Source: Tricharina praecox | Taxonomy: Eukaryota | Direction of reading: 5' to 3' | NCBI RefSeq assembly: GCF_024521635.1 | Contig: NW_026250436.1 | Span: 248,001-312,000, forward strand | DNA length: 64,000 bases | Shown: positions 52,442 to 64,000 of the stretch, piece after piece | Layout of the letters: every line of letters starts with the position of its first letter | How positions within the stretch are numbered: position 1 is the first letter of the stretch | Made by a program: the position numbers and the translations under genes | The notes under the pieces: generated by a model | What the model was told of the DNA's origin: nothing | Seen by the model: only the letters and a program-made list of their open reading frames with translations | Databases searched by the model: none

Positions 52442-54489
52442 ATGCACTTCCATTCACTTCTTTTACTATCCATCGCCGTCGTTGTGATTGAGGCTGCACC
52501 TTTCTATGGAACTGTTGTTTCACGCGCGGAGGAGCTACAGTCGGAGTACGACTATGTGATTGTAGGCGGAGGATTGTCTGGATTAGTTGTGGCGAATCGG
52601 TTGACGGAGGATCCGAAGAGTAAAAACCCCTCGGCGGACAAAAAGGAGAATGGAATGACTGACGGTGACTAGAATCCGTGCTTGTAATTGAAGCCGGGCC
52701 AATGTATGATCCATCCCGCATCACCCACATGCGCACTCACTGACTTGGCCTGTCTCCAGTTTGAACCCCGACCCCGATGCCGTTTTGATCCCCGGCCTAG
52801 CCATTTCCCTCGGACAATCCTATCAATGGCTGACGCAGACGGAGCCAATCGCCGACTTGAAAAACCGCACGTTCAGTATTTCGTCCGCTAAGGTTGTCGG
52901 CGGCGGCTCGGCGATCAACGGAATGTTCCTGCAGCGCGGTTCCCGCGGCGACTACAATCTCTGGGAGAAGCTCGGAAATAGAGGATGGGGATGGGACGGG
53001 CTGGAACCGTATTTCAAGAAGAGCGAGACTTTCCATCCGCCGACGGGGCATGACGATCTGGATATCGCGTACGATCTAGCGACGCATGGCACGGAGGGGC
53101 CATTGCAGGTGTCGTATCCGCAGTTCTTGTTCCCGCAACTTAGTTAGTCATCGCTTTGCTATGCGAGGAAGTTTCGGACTAACGACGAGGTAGAGTTGAT
53201 AATGGAGGCGTTCAGGAAATTCGGGGTCACGATTCCGAAGGACTCTGCCAACGGAAATGGTATCGGGGCGCTCTGGGTGCCATCATCGGTGAACCCGGCA
53301 GATGAGACCCGATCGTACGCAAAGAGGACGTATCACGAGATTTCGTCCAAGAGAAGCAACTACCACCTCCTCACCGAGAGGCAGGTAACAAAGATCCTAC
53401 TGAAGAATAAGAAAGCTACTGGCGTCACCGTGAGTTTTCCCTCCGTTGTCCGATATACCGAATCCAAGCTGATCGCTGTAATAGATTTCTGCCGCAAATT
53501 CAACCTCTGCCATCAATGTCACGGCAAAATTGGAGGTTATTTTGGCAGCAGGAGCGCTTCACACACCAAAATTAATGCAGCTATCAGGAATCGGGCCGAA
53601 GGCGCTCCTGGAATCCTATGGAATTCCATTAGTACAGGACCTCCCTGGCGTTGGCTCCAACCTTCAGGACCACCCGACGATGTACAGCGCATTGGTATTC
53701 AACTCCACAATTCCATCTGGATACCCGGATACAAACCAGTTGTACACCAACGCCACCTACGCGGCGGAGATGCTCGCGCAATACCATGCAAACCGCACTG
53801 GGCCGTACACGATGGGCCTAGGCAACAATGCCGCATTCCTACCCCTTCCCTTGATCGCCCCGGACAGGTATAAATCACTCCTCAGCATTGCCCTCGCCGC
53901 AAACGCATCCACCTCCGACCTCGCCGCCGTGCAAGCGGGTTACAACAAGCAGCGAGCACTCCTGCTCGCGGCATTCGCCACTAACGATGTAGCTGTAGAC
54001 GAGTTCTTAGTCGGCACCTCCGCCGGCGCCGGAATATCACTACAGCACCCTCTATCCCGTGGCTCAGTCCAAATTAGGTCAACATCACCCTGGGACAATC
54101 CCATGATCAACTCACGCTCAGTTTCCGACCCGCTCGATCGCGCGATCCTCGTCGAGAGTATGCGCTACGCGCGACGATTCCACGCCAGCCCCGGCATGGC
54201 CCCATTCTCTCCGGTCGAGGTCTCCCCCGGCACCGACGTGGTGAGCGATGAAGCGCTCACTGAGGTTGCCAGGGAGGCGCTCGTACCCACGTTTGCGCAT
54301 CCGAGTTGTACGTGTCCGATGATGCCGCGAGAGATCGGTGGTGTGGTGGACGTGAAACTTAGGGTGTATGGGATAAGCGGACTCAGGATTGTTGATGCCA
54401 GTGTTTTCCCACTTATTCCAGCGTGTCATCTGCAGGCGACAGTGTACGCGGTTGCGGAGAAGGCAGCGGATATCATCAAGGGTAAATAG
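52442..54489 (+). CDS. Secreted GMC oxidoreductase (AA3_2-like), 5 exons
   Basis: Signal peptide; YDYVIVGGGLSG FAD motif, VGGGSAINGM, EVILAAGALHTPKLMQLSGIG, VGSNLQDH, catalytic His pair TFAHPSCT and PACHLQATVYAVAEKAAD. Confidence 0.95.
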
Positions 54490-55177
54490 ATGGGAGGGCA
54501 TGTGATTGGATATGAGAGAATAAGAGTGGTTTCCCAATTCTTCCAGAGCGCATACCGGGAGATATACATTGGTTTTTGCTCTTCCTCGCGACATGATCGA
54601 TTGTTCATTGTAGGACGTCGACCTCTATAAACCGGCGGTGCATGTTGGCACCGTATCTTCGGTGACTTAGTGGCTATAGACGGCCTGGAGTCGAGGTTGG
54701 GACGGGTAGGGGAGGTGTATCATAGTGGGTGATCGGCTTTCGCGATTAGTTGATGCTTTGTGATGGTGACTGTGAGGGGCCGGAGGTCAGAGGTCTCAGT
54801 ACCTGGCCAACTGCTCGCCTTGTTCTGCTCATTCACAATCGTGAAAACTAGGCTTCGGGTCAAAGATTCCCCATGGAAATCATACTCCCTACATACAACC
54901 CCCCACGTAGCGGCGACAAACCAAGATCTTTTAGCGCAGTCCTGCAAAACCCCGTGACTTCTACACGGCGAGTATCCGATATAGGTGACTTTTGCGTGAC
55001 AACCCTGTAGAGCCTGAGACTTCTGCGTAATGGCGGTGCCGAAGAACAAGCATGCCGAGTCGATACCCAAGAGCACTCCCGACACCATGACGACGAGCAG
55101 ACCGAAGGCAAGTCGGCGAGCAAGACCGCGAGATTGCGGCCGAGCGACACCAAGCCTTCAAGAGCGTGTCGGGTGCA

Positions 55178-55420
55178 TGACCGAGAGCACTCCCGCAAGC
55201 ATGACCGAGAGCACGATCAAGAGTATGCCGGCGAGCACGACCGAGAGCATGACCGAGAGTGTGCCGGCGAGAATGACCGAGTGCAGACCAGCGGGTATGA
55301 CAGAGAGCATGCTGAGAGGCGTGCCGACGAGCAGACCGAGAACATGACGGCTAGCGAGATTTTCTGCGAGCATCACTGAGGCAGAGACCGACAGAGTTGC
55401 CGAGAGTATCACCGAGAGAG
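55178..55420. repeat. Degenerate 12-bp-period minisatellite (ATGACCGAGAGC-like)
   Basis: Repeated ATGACCGAGAG / ACGACCGAGAG units. Confidence 0.7.
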
Positions 55421-55794
55421 TGTGGAACGGTCATGCCGGCGAGCGTGCCCGGGAGCACCTACGACGGGCGTATTGAGAACCCGGTTAAGTGGTAAGAAGC
55501 AAGGGCGCGCCCCGCTCAGACTATATTGCGCTGTACTGATCTGCAGTGCCGCAGAGCACTCCCGTCACCAAGCGAGGCGACACCGCACGACTGTAGAAGA
55601 GCACTCTCACCCCCGAGCGAGACGGGGTTGCAGGACTGAACTCGCAGAGCGACGCCCTCTAGTATCACCAAAAAAGCGATTTCAGTCACCCCCCCAAAGA
55701 GCACCATTAAATTGGCTTACAGTGAGTGATGGTTTATGATTCTTATCATGAAATATCACTCATTGGGGGTTAACTACTTGAAGGCTTCCTGTAG

Positions 55795-55915
55795 TAAGCC
55801 CCTAAAGAGGGGATACTGTCACGGTTCAGAAGTCCTGGCCTGGGATGATGGCCTTCAGCCATCAAAATACCTTTTGGTTGAGTGGTATAGTACTTTCCCA
55901 GTGTACTTTATTACA
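55795..55915 (+). mobile_element. Remnant 3' end of an LTR element (PPT plus short LTR-like TG..CA)
   Basis: AAAGAGGGGATAC polypurine tract directly followed by TGTCACGG at 55817; possible end TTACA at 55915. Confidence 0.45.
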
Positions 55916-56098
55916 GCAACCACAGCGCCACCATTTTGCCGCGAAAATCCCGCTGACATCTACGAACAACTTCAAGTAATCGTGAATCATGATGAACCCG
56001 CCGAAGAAACAACCCTGCAGGGGTTGTATAACGGATTCAAGGTCCTTGGGTTAGCAATCACCCAGTCACCGATAGCAGCACCAACATGGCGCATATAC

Positions 56099-56657
56099 TG
56101 TCACGACTCGCGACGGAATGACGAAGGGTGGGTCGGCGTAAGGATCGGGAGAGTTGGGAGGAAGTGCACAGGCAGTGCACCGGCAGGGCAAGGATGAGTC
56201 GCAGAGGATTGGGGGCTGTGTGCAGGGAGCAGGGATAGCGCAGTAATGAGTCGCAGGGGATTGGGGCTGTATGCAGGAAGCAGGGGTAGTGCGGCTGCGC
56301 AGGGTATGAGTCACGGAAGTGGGGTACTGGCAAGGTGAATTTATCAGGGTCTGGCACACCCCCACGGCCATTGTCAGGTTGCGGGAAGAAGTGGAGGATT
56401 TTCTATATAAACGGGCCGTTGCACCTCTGTATTTAGTTCTTCACGCAACAACTTGTTGATTCAATCACTGTTACCTCTGTCGTTGCCTCGGCTGCCGTCT
56501 GCGCAGTAGTGCTTGTCCCCACCTCTGTTCTCAGTTGCCGTCTGCACTGAGCCCTGCCTTACCTGGTCCTCTGAACCCGTCTTGCCTCTGCAGAACCCAG
56601 AACCCGGTTCCCCGCCCGACTTCGCTACCTGGAGCCTTGCCCGACCGTGCCGTTACA
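56099..56657 (+). mobile_element. 559-bp LTR (family B), copy 1, no matching TSD
   Basis: TGTCACG...CCGTTACA, homologous to 60017-60575 and 62410-62968 but more diverged; flanks TATAC and GCCGT. Confidence 0.95.
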
Positions 56658-56730
56658 GCCGTGACAGGGGTCCCTCCTAAGGCTTGAGTTCCGACAAGAG
56701 CATGAGGCAGTGGATAGTCGTACGTCAATC
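56658..56730 (-). mobile_element. Fragment of the 3' end of a related chromovirus (pol tail, PPT, first 9 nt of LTR)
   Basis: Minus strand reads ALVGTQALGGTP and TTAGGAGGGACCCC-TGTCACGGC, matching the PPT/LTR junction at ~62960-63005. Confidence 0.8.
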
Positions 56731-57546
56731 TTCAGGCAAGCGCACAGATGTCTCCAAAATTGTGATGCGAACTGGAGGCCTCGGTCCGGTACAATGGTGT
56801 CAGACAGTCCGTGATTGTGACACCCCGATAGCTATCGGAGGACACGACGGTCGCAAGAGATGTGATTAGATAGTTCGGGTGATTAGAATAGAGTTGCGAG
56901 CCGAAAGGATAGTTAGAAGCGATCGAGGACAAGATAGGAATGAGGGAGCAAACGGATTCCAGAGTCTAGACAGTGATCGGAGATGCGGGAGATCGGGATA
57001 ACAGTCCAAAGGACTTTGAGATCTTCGTTCATAGGGCCCCGCAGTAGGAACTCCGATCCAGGGAAAAACTGTTATGACGAGAGAATCGAACATCGACCGA
57101 TGGGGGCAGACAACTTCGAGCAAAGAACTCTGCCGGCGCATGAGGGAGATAATTGCTCGGAAACTCCGATCTATCTTGGGCGCGTGGTGTTTACCACCTG
57201 CCTAGTCAAGAAGACTATCCGAAGAGAGCTGACGACGACTCGAGGCTAGGCCGCGGAACTCCGATGCAAAGAAAGCAACGGAGCTACGTTAGGCCGCACT
57301 CTAGAGGAATCACGTGCTGAGGATCGGAACGACTATAAGTCGAACCGAGCAGGCAAACCGAACCAAAACCACAATCATCGCACCGAACAAACCATCGAAG
57401 AAACACTCTTAAGATTATTCCGTTGTGAATTATCGAAATCCCTGACTTTTATTCTATCCTCGATTTTACTATAGACTCCGACGACACAAACCCGTCCCAG
57501 TCTCACACTATAATCTTAAAGGTTACAGTCACCGATTTCTATCGAA

Positions 57547-59550
57547 ATGTCCTCCTCAAACCTCGACATGCTCCGCCTCGAACTTCCTCAGACCCTAAGC
57601 AATGCGCTCGTTAGCATTCCGCAAGCATCCGAAACTGTCGAAGTACGAAACCCAGCAGCTTGGCTCAGGCTGATGAACCACCAATAACAAACGGCACAAA
57701 GAGACCTGCGCCAACTTTACCAAGCATGCGATCAGAAGTTCAACGAAGAAGACTCCAGAATGCAGGAAATCAGAAGGAACTACGAACAACTCTGCGATGG
57801 GGTCAAGTATGTGTACAACCTCTACGCTCACAATGCCGAAATGAATACAGAATGGCTTCGAACCGAGCTGTCAACGGTAGCGAACGCAACGCACGCCCTG
57901 AGCAGCGACGTATGGGCAGTCATTCGAGAACGTAACCAGAAAGATGAAGACAACCGCGAGTTGCAAAGCGTCGCAAACGCTCGGCTACAAGACGCCATCG
58001 TGTTCCTCGAAACGGCGCAAGTCGAACAACGCAGGGAGCAAGCGGTGTACAACCGCAACGTGGAAATTTGGGCAGGGAAACAGGAAGAGAAGGCAGAGTA
58101 CCTCTACAAGGAGCAACAGCGAATCAAGGAAAAAATCGCTCGAGCGGAGAAAAAATTGAAGGCTGTAGAGGTAAGGACAGGGAAGGCGAAGGAAAAGGCC
58201 CCAGGGTGGGTAAACACCACCCCAAGAGGAGGATCGCGGGCAGAAAGGTCAGCAACAAGGGAAACTCCAGCAGGTGCAGGAATGTCCCCTCCTCCTCCAC
58301 CCCCAAGACGTCCGGTGACTAACCTTGGAGGTGATCCCTCGGATGAGGAACCATCGGATGATGACGATTCCATCCCCTTGCCGCGTCGTTCGCCGCCCCG
58401 TCACCGACACGCTCCGCTACCAAGAGAAGACGGCGAAGACGAAGAGAGTCGCTTCGCTCGGATAATCGCTGCTGCCGTCTCCGCATCGAACCCGAGGGCC
58501 ATCAAGCTTAAAATGAAAGAGCCCAAGCCGTTCGATAGCAAGCAAAGGACAGCCTTCTGTCCATGGTGGGACTCAGTCGATGAATATCTTAAGTTCCACC
58601 CAGAGATGAACGAGCAGCAGAAGATAGCGTGGGTGGGATCCCGACTGGAAGGGACAGCGGCAGAATGGCATCAGGCCCGTCGAAAAAGCCTGAGGCAGCT
58701 ACACTTGGAAGATACCTGGCAGGCGTACCAAGAGGCACTCAAGGAGGCGTACCGCGACACGCAGGAAGGAGCGAACGCATTAAGAAGGATGTGGGCCCTC
58801 GAATACAAAGGAGACATTCAGGCTTACATGACCTCCTTCCGATCGCTCAACATGATCGCTCGCGCCACCGGCGAACCGCTACAAGACATAGTCAACCAGG
58901 CCATGACTACCGACATCGTCGATATGTGCTTCAACCAGCACACCGAACCCTACGAAGACGATGAAGACTTCCTGGAAACGGTGCTCAGGGCTGGCAACCA
59001 TGTGGAACGACGGGACGCGCTGAAAAAGGCAAGGGCAATGAGGAAAGGGGGATCGGGTAGCCAGGGTTCCGGCGGCGACCGGAAGGGATCTGGCAACACC
59101 CGGCAGGGCCAAGGAAAGGGCAGAGACCCCGGGGGCCGCAAGGAAAGCGGGGAGTCCCTGGAGGGCCGAAAGGCCAAGGAAGCAACAGGAGTCAGGAAGG
59201 GAAGGACAAGGGAAGGGGACATCTACGCAGGAGCAAAGGAGGCTCTGGTAGGGGTTCCCCAGAAGGAGATCGATGCCCACAAAGCATCCAAGTGCGACTG
59301 TTGGCGTTGCGGACGAGACGGCCACCGAACCTTCCAATGCTACGCCAGAAAAACAGTCGCGGGTACCGAACTCCTCGAGAGTCCAAAGGTGTCATCCGTG
59401 ACAAAGAGAATGCGGGACACCCAGGATGCCGAACCCACTCGACCGAGGTCCAAGCAACACAAGGCTGCGGCGGTTGTGGTGGAGGATGAAGCAATGACGG
59501 AGGCCCCTCCATTCTGGGAAAGGAATGAGAGTGAGCCGGAGGATTTTTGA
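57547..59550 (+). pseudogene. gag: Retrotransposon gag with CCHC zinc knuckle; premature TAA at 57685
   Basis: ATG 57547 is in frame with the 596-aa ORF; KMKEPKPFD, capsid-like region and CWRCGRDGHRTFQC. Confidence 0.9.
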
Positions 59551-62409
59551 GCGGCCCCAGCACTCCGCAGACTGGACGGCCAAGTGTATATGTTTGCGGA
59601 ACGAAGAGACCACGGCCTCAGGATATCGACAGCGAATCCAGAGATAAGCGAAGACGAACGGACCAACCTATTTCTACGAGTCCAACCGCGCCGAGCGCCT
59701 CAGGGTGTGAGCCCCCAAAACCTGTCAGCGGACCACGACCAATCATAGAAATGATGCTCCTCTGGTCTGAGCACAAGCGACGACGGATCCGAGTACTCCT
59801 TGACACAGGATGTGCCATTCCGATCATCAAACGAAGCCTTGCACGAGAACTTGGGTTGCCCCTCATTCAACGACCCAAGCCGGTGGAAATCAAGGACTTC
59901 CACGGAACCATAGTGGAAGGAGCCGGGGAATGTTATACAATGCCGATGCTCCTTCAACACCGGAGGCACTACACCAACGAAACCTTCGAAGTGGCTCCCT
60001 TGGACGACTGCGATGCTGTCACGGCTCACGACGGAATGACGAAGGGAGGGTCGGCACAAGGATCGGGAGAATTGGGGGGCAGTGCAGAGGCACTGCACCG
60101 GCAGTGCAAGGATGAGTCGCAGAGGATTTGGGGCTGTGTGCAGGGAGCAGGGATAGCGCAGTAATGAGTCGCAGGATATTGGGGCTGTGTGCAGGAAGCA
60201 GGGGTTCTGCGGCTGCGCAGGGTGTGAGTGACGGAAGTGGGGTACTGGCAAGGTGGATTTCTCAGGGTCTGGCACACGCCCACGGTCATTGTCAGGTTGC
60301 GGGAAGAAGTGGAGGATTTTCTATATAAACGGGCCGTTGCCCCTCTGTATTTAGTTCTTCACGCAACAACTTGTTAATTCAATCACTGTTACCTCTGTCC
60401 TTGCCTCGGCTGCCGTCTGCGCCGTAGTCCTTGTCCCTGCCTCTGTTCTCAGTTGCCGTCTGCACTGAGCCCTGCCTCACCTTGTCTCCTGTACCCGTCT
60501 TGCCCCTACCAAACCCAGAACCCGATCCCCAGCCCGACTTCGCTACCTGGAGCCTTGCCCGACCGTGCCGTTACAGATGCCTACCTCCCGTATTGGTGGA
60601 TGGCTAAGCATGAACCGACAGGGTTGTGGGAGAATGAAGCACAGAAAATTCGCTTCACCAGCACCCGATGCAAGGAACAATGCACCTTGCAACAAGCAAC
60701 CAGCTTTCCGATGGAACTTGACACGTCTGTCATTCACAATTCGGAGGCTCGCATTATTGGATACGTCTCAGCTGGCCCGGAATCAGATCCACCCATGAAT
60801 CTGCTTCCGGAGAAGTTCAGACGATATGCCAACATCATGAGCAAGGAAGCAGCCAATAAGCTTCTCGACCACTAGTCCTACGACCACGCAATCGATCTCA
60901 AGGAAGGAGAGACTCCTCCATGGGGTCCTATCTATGCGCTGTCAGAGAAAGAACTTGAGGCCCTCAGGGAGTGGCTCAAGGAGATGCTCCAGACAGGCAA
61001 GATTCGAAGATCCAAATCACCAGCCGGGGCACCGATATTATTTGTACCAAAGGCGCACGGCAGGGGTCTCCGATTGTGTGTCGACTATCGCAGTATCAAC
61101 AAGATTACCGTAGCCAATCGCTACCCACTCCCGATCATGGCAGAGTTGCAAGACCGAGTCAGGGGTGCGAAAGTCTTCACCAAGATTGATCTGAAGAATG
61201 GCTATCACCTTATCCGCATCAAGGAAGGTGACGAGTGGAAGACAGCTTTCCGCTGTCGATACGGACTGTTTGAGTTTTTGGTCATGCCGTTTGGGCTGAC
61301 CAACGCTCCAGCGACGTTTCAGGACATGATTAACCACATATTTCGGGATATGTTGGACCTGGGACTGGTCGCATACATCGATGACCTCCTCATCTATGCT
61401 AAGACGCACGAGGTGCATGACAAGATAGTCATCGAGGTACTCAAGAGGTTGGAAGAAAATAAGTTGGCAATCTCACCAGAGAAGTGTGTCTGGTCGACAA
61501 GGAGAGTCGAGTTCCTAGGATACGTGATATCCCAAGATGGAATTGAGATGGCTAAGGACAAGGTGGAATCTGTGCTCTCGTGGGAGGCGCCGCGGTCCCT
61601 GAAGGAAGTACAAGCCTTTCTTGGGTTCGCCAATTTTTACAGGCGCTTCATCAAGGATTTCTCAAAGATCACGAGACCCTTGACCGAGAGCACAAAAGAA
61701 AAAGGGAAGGATTGGAGATGGACAGGAGAAATGAAACTGGCCTTCGAGGAGCTGAAGTCTAGGTTCACCACGGCACCGATTCTCGGGCACTTCAACCCAG
61801 AAGTAGCTGTCGTGGTGGAATCCGACGCTTCCGACTTCGCGTTGGGCGCGGTCCTGTCTCAAAGGGCAGAGGATGGGAAGTTACACCCAGTTGCGTTCCA
61901 CTCAAGAAAGTTTACCCCAGCCGAAATCAACTTCGAGATTCACGATAAGGAACTACTCGCGATAGTAGACTCTTTCAAACGCTGGCGGCAATACCTCGAG
62001 GGAGCAAAACACCAGATCCAGGTGTACAGCGACCACCAGAACCTTGAGTACTTCACAACCACGAAAGTACTCAATCGACGGCAGGCGAGATGGGCACAAG
62101 AACTCGCTGGCATCGACTTCAAAATCTACTACCGGCCCGGCAGCCAGAATGGCAAGCCTGACGCATTATCCAGGCGCCCGGAGTACCGCCCTGAAAAAGG
62201 GGGGGGTGAAGATCAGCCGATTACGACGATCCTGCATAAATCACACTTTGCAGGCGACGATTCGAGAGTGTCATCCATCAGCACCGGAGGCGAAAGCACC
62301 GTGTTCATGGCTTCGTCAACTCGGCTACAATCAATCCCCGTGCCAAAGTGGAATGAAGAATTTCTGGGTTGGGTCAGGAAGGCAGGAAAGAAAGATGCTG
62401 GATATCAGG
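59547..62409 (+). pseudogene. pol: Retrotransposon pol (protease-RT-RNase H) with solo-LTR insertion and TAG at 60873
   Basis: LLDTGC protease; RLCVDYR, MPFGLTNAPATFQ and YIDD RT; SDASDF, ELLAIV and DHQNL RNase H. Confidence 0.95.
60017..60575 (+). mobile_element. Solo LTR (family B), copy 2, with 5-bp TSD GATGC
   Basis: GATGC at 60012-60016 and 60576-60580; removing it restores APLDDCDAYLPYWW in the protease. Confidence 0.97.
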
Positions 62410-64000
62410 TGTAACGGCACGGTCGGGCAAGGCTCCAGGTAGCGCAGTCGGGCTGGGGATCGGGTTCTGGGTTCGGTAGGGGCAAGACGGGTACAGGAGA
62501 CAAGGTGAGGCAGGGCTCAGTGCAGACGGCAACTGAGAACAGAGGCAGGGACAAGGACTACGGCGCAGACGGCAGCCGAGGCAAGGACAGAGGTAACAGT
62601 GATTGAATTAACAAGTTGTTGCGTGAAGAACTAAATACAGAGGGGCAACGGCCCGTTTATATAGAAAATCCTCCACTTCTTCCCGCAACCTGACAATGAC
62701 CGTGGGCGTGTGCCAGACCCTGAGAAATCCACCTTGCCAGTACCCCACTTCCGTGACTCACACCCTGCGCAGCCGCACTACCCCTGCTTCCTGCACACAG
62801 CCCCAATCTCCTGCGACTCATTACTGCGCTATCCCTGCTCCCTGCACACAGCCCCAAATCCTCTGCGACTCATCCTTGCACTGCCGGTGCACTGCCTCTG
62901 CACTGCCCCCCAATTCTCCCGATCCTTGTGCCGACCCTCCCTTCGTCATTCCGTCGTGAGCCGTGACAGTAGTCCCTCCTAAGGCTCGAGTTCCCACGAG
63001 AGCAAGTTCGACTGGTCCAGGCTGCATGGGGTATCGTCGATGGAAGTCGTCCACAGCTTGTACCTCAGTAAGGTTCTCCTCTGGTTCCCATGTTGGTGCC
63101 GCGTAGCCTCTCCATTTCACCAGGTACTGGAGTTTGCCCCTGAGGTTCCGGCTGTCCAGGACCTCTTCAACCTCCCATTCTTCTTGGTCGTCCACGATTA
63201 CCGGAAGTGGTGGCGGTGGAGTTTGTCCAGGGAAGGGATCGTCAGCGGAGGCATGAAGGAGGGATACAGGAAATGTTCGGTGCTTCTGAACGGTGTCCGG
63301 GATGTCCAATTCGTAGGCGTGGGTTCCGATTGTCCGAATCACACGGTAGGGACCATGGTGTTTGTTTTCCAGCTTGCGACTGGGTCTCTCGGTGCGCCAG
63401 TTCCGACCATCCACCCATACCATGCCGCCTGGTTGGAAGGCTGGCGCAGGGGTTCGGTGTCGGTTGGAGTCGTCCTGTTGCCGTGCCTGGGTATACCGCA
63501 TTTGGCTGCGGGCGACGCCGTGGATTTGATGCAACCGTTCCGCTGCACTCTGAGCTTGATGTTCCTCCTTGGTGTCGACACGGATATCCAGCTCAAAGTC
63601 ACACCGTGGGTGGTATCCTAGGTTAGCGAAGAATGGGGACAGGGTAGTCGTGTCGGAGACCTGGTTGTTGCCAGCAAATTCGGCCAAGAAGAGGTAGTCG
63701 ACCCAGTCATCCTGGAGGTAGCTGACGTACGCGCGGAGGTGCTGTTCCATGACGGCGTTCATCCGTTCGGTTTGGCCGTCGGTCTGGGGGTGGAAGGCAG
63801 TTGACAGGCGTGGCTCGATCTTGAGGCATGAGCATAGGTGTTTCCAGAATCGCGAGGCAAACTGGGGACCCCTATCCGAGACGATGCTTTCTGGCAACCC
63901 GTGGTACCTGAAGATCCGGTCGCAGAACAGCTCGGCCAGTCCTTCCGAGGTGATGGTCGTGGTACATGGTAGGAGATGGCGTTGCTTGGTCAGTCGGTCA
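62410..64000 (-). mobile_element. 3' end of a chromovirus (integrase + chromodomain, PPT, 3' LTR 62410-62968) inserted antisense in the previous element
   Basis: SDRGPQF, HPQTDGQTERMN, GPY motif, chromodomain EWEVEEVLDSR..YLVKWRGY..TWEP; PPT TTAGGAGGGACTAC abuts TGTCACGG. Continues beyond the window. Confidence 0.97.

Larger units (their letters stand above)
56761..62409 (+). mobile_element. Ty3/gypsy (Tf1-like) LTR retrotransposon, 5' part, disrupted by nested insertions
   Basis: Putative 5' LTR TGTGA (56761, approximate) to TCACA (57507) with TATAAG at ~57334; gag, protease, RT and RNase H follow; cut at 62410. Confidence 0.9.

Noticed and set aside
18986..55800. Starship-like giant mobile element or secondary metabolite cluster
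   Set aside because: No DUF3435 tyrosine recombinase, no element boundaries and no PKS/NRPS/terpene backbone gene in the window.

Overview
Eukaryotic DNA from a filamentous ascomycete: short GT-AG introns with CTRAC/CTAAC branch points and GC-rich TEs without RIP; Pezizomycetes is an inferred guess only. I assembled gene models by hand across introns. 0-14 kb is housekeeping: TMS1/SERINC, a small NDUFA4/B12D-like protein, type II PI 4-kinase LSB6, and an AreB/ASD-4-type GATA factor behind a 5.7 kb divergent promoter. 19-55 kb is accessory: DUF4360 secreted protein, a 4-exon defensin-like gene, VWA protein, CorA-like protein, frameshifted TLC protein, F-box protein, ABCB transporter, stand-alone Ppo-type P450 domain, HeLo-like/Ras fusion and GMC oxidoreductase. 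55.8-64 kb is a nest of Ty3/gypsy LTR retrotransposons. Most notable: (1) the defensin's six-Cys motif is completed only by splicing a U2-type AT-AC intron; (2) the longest areB isoform appears to start at ACG; (3) an unassigned structured RNA candidate with Pol III A/B boxes at ~35.3 kb; (4) a HeLo-like domain fused to a degenerate Ras domain. No database searches were run; family calls rest on motif recognition.
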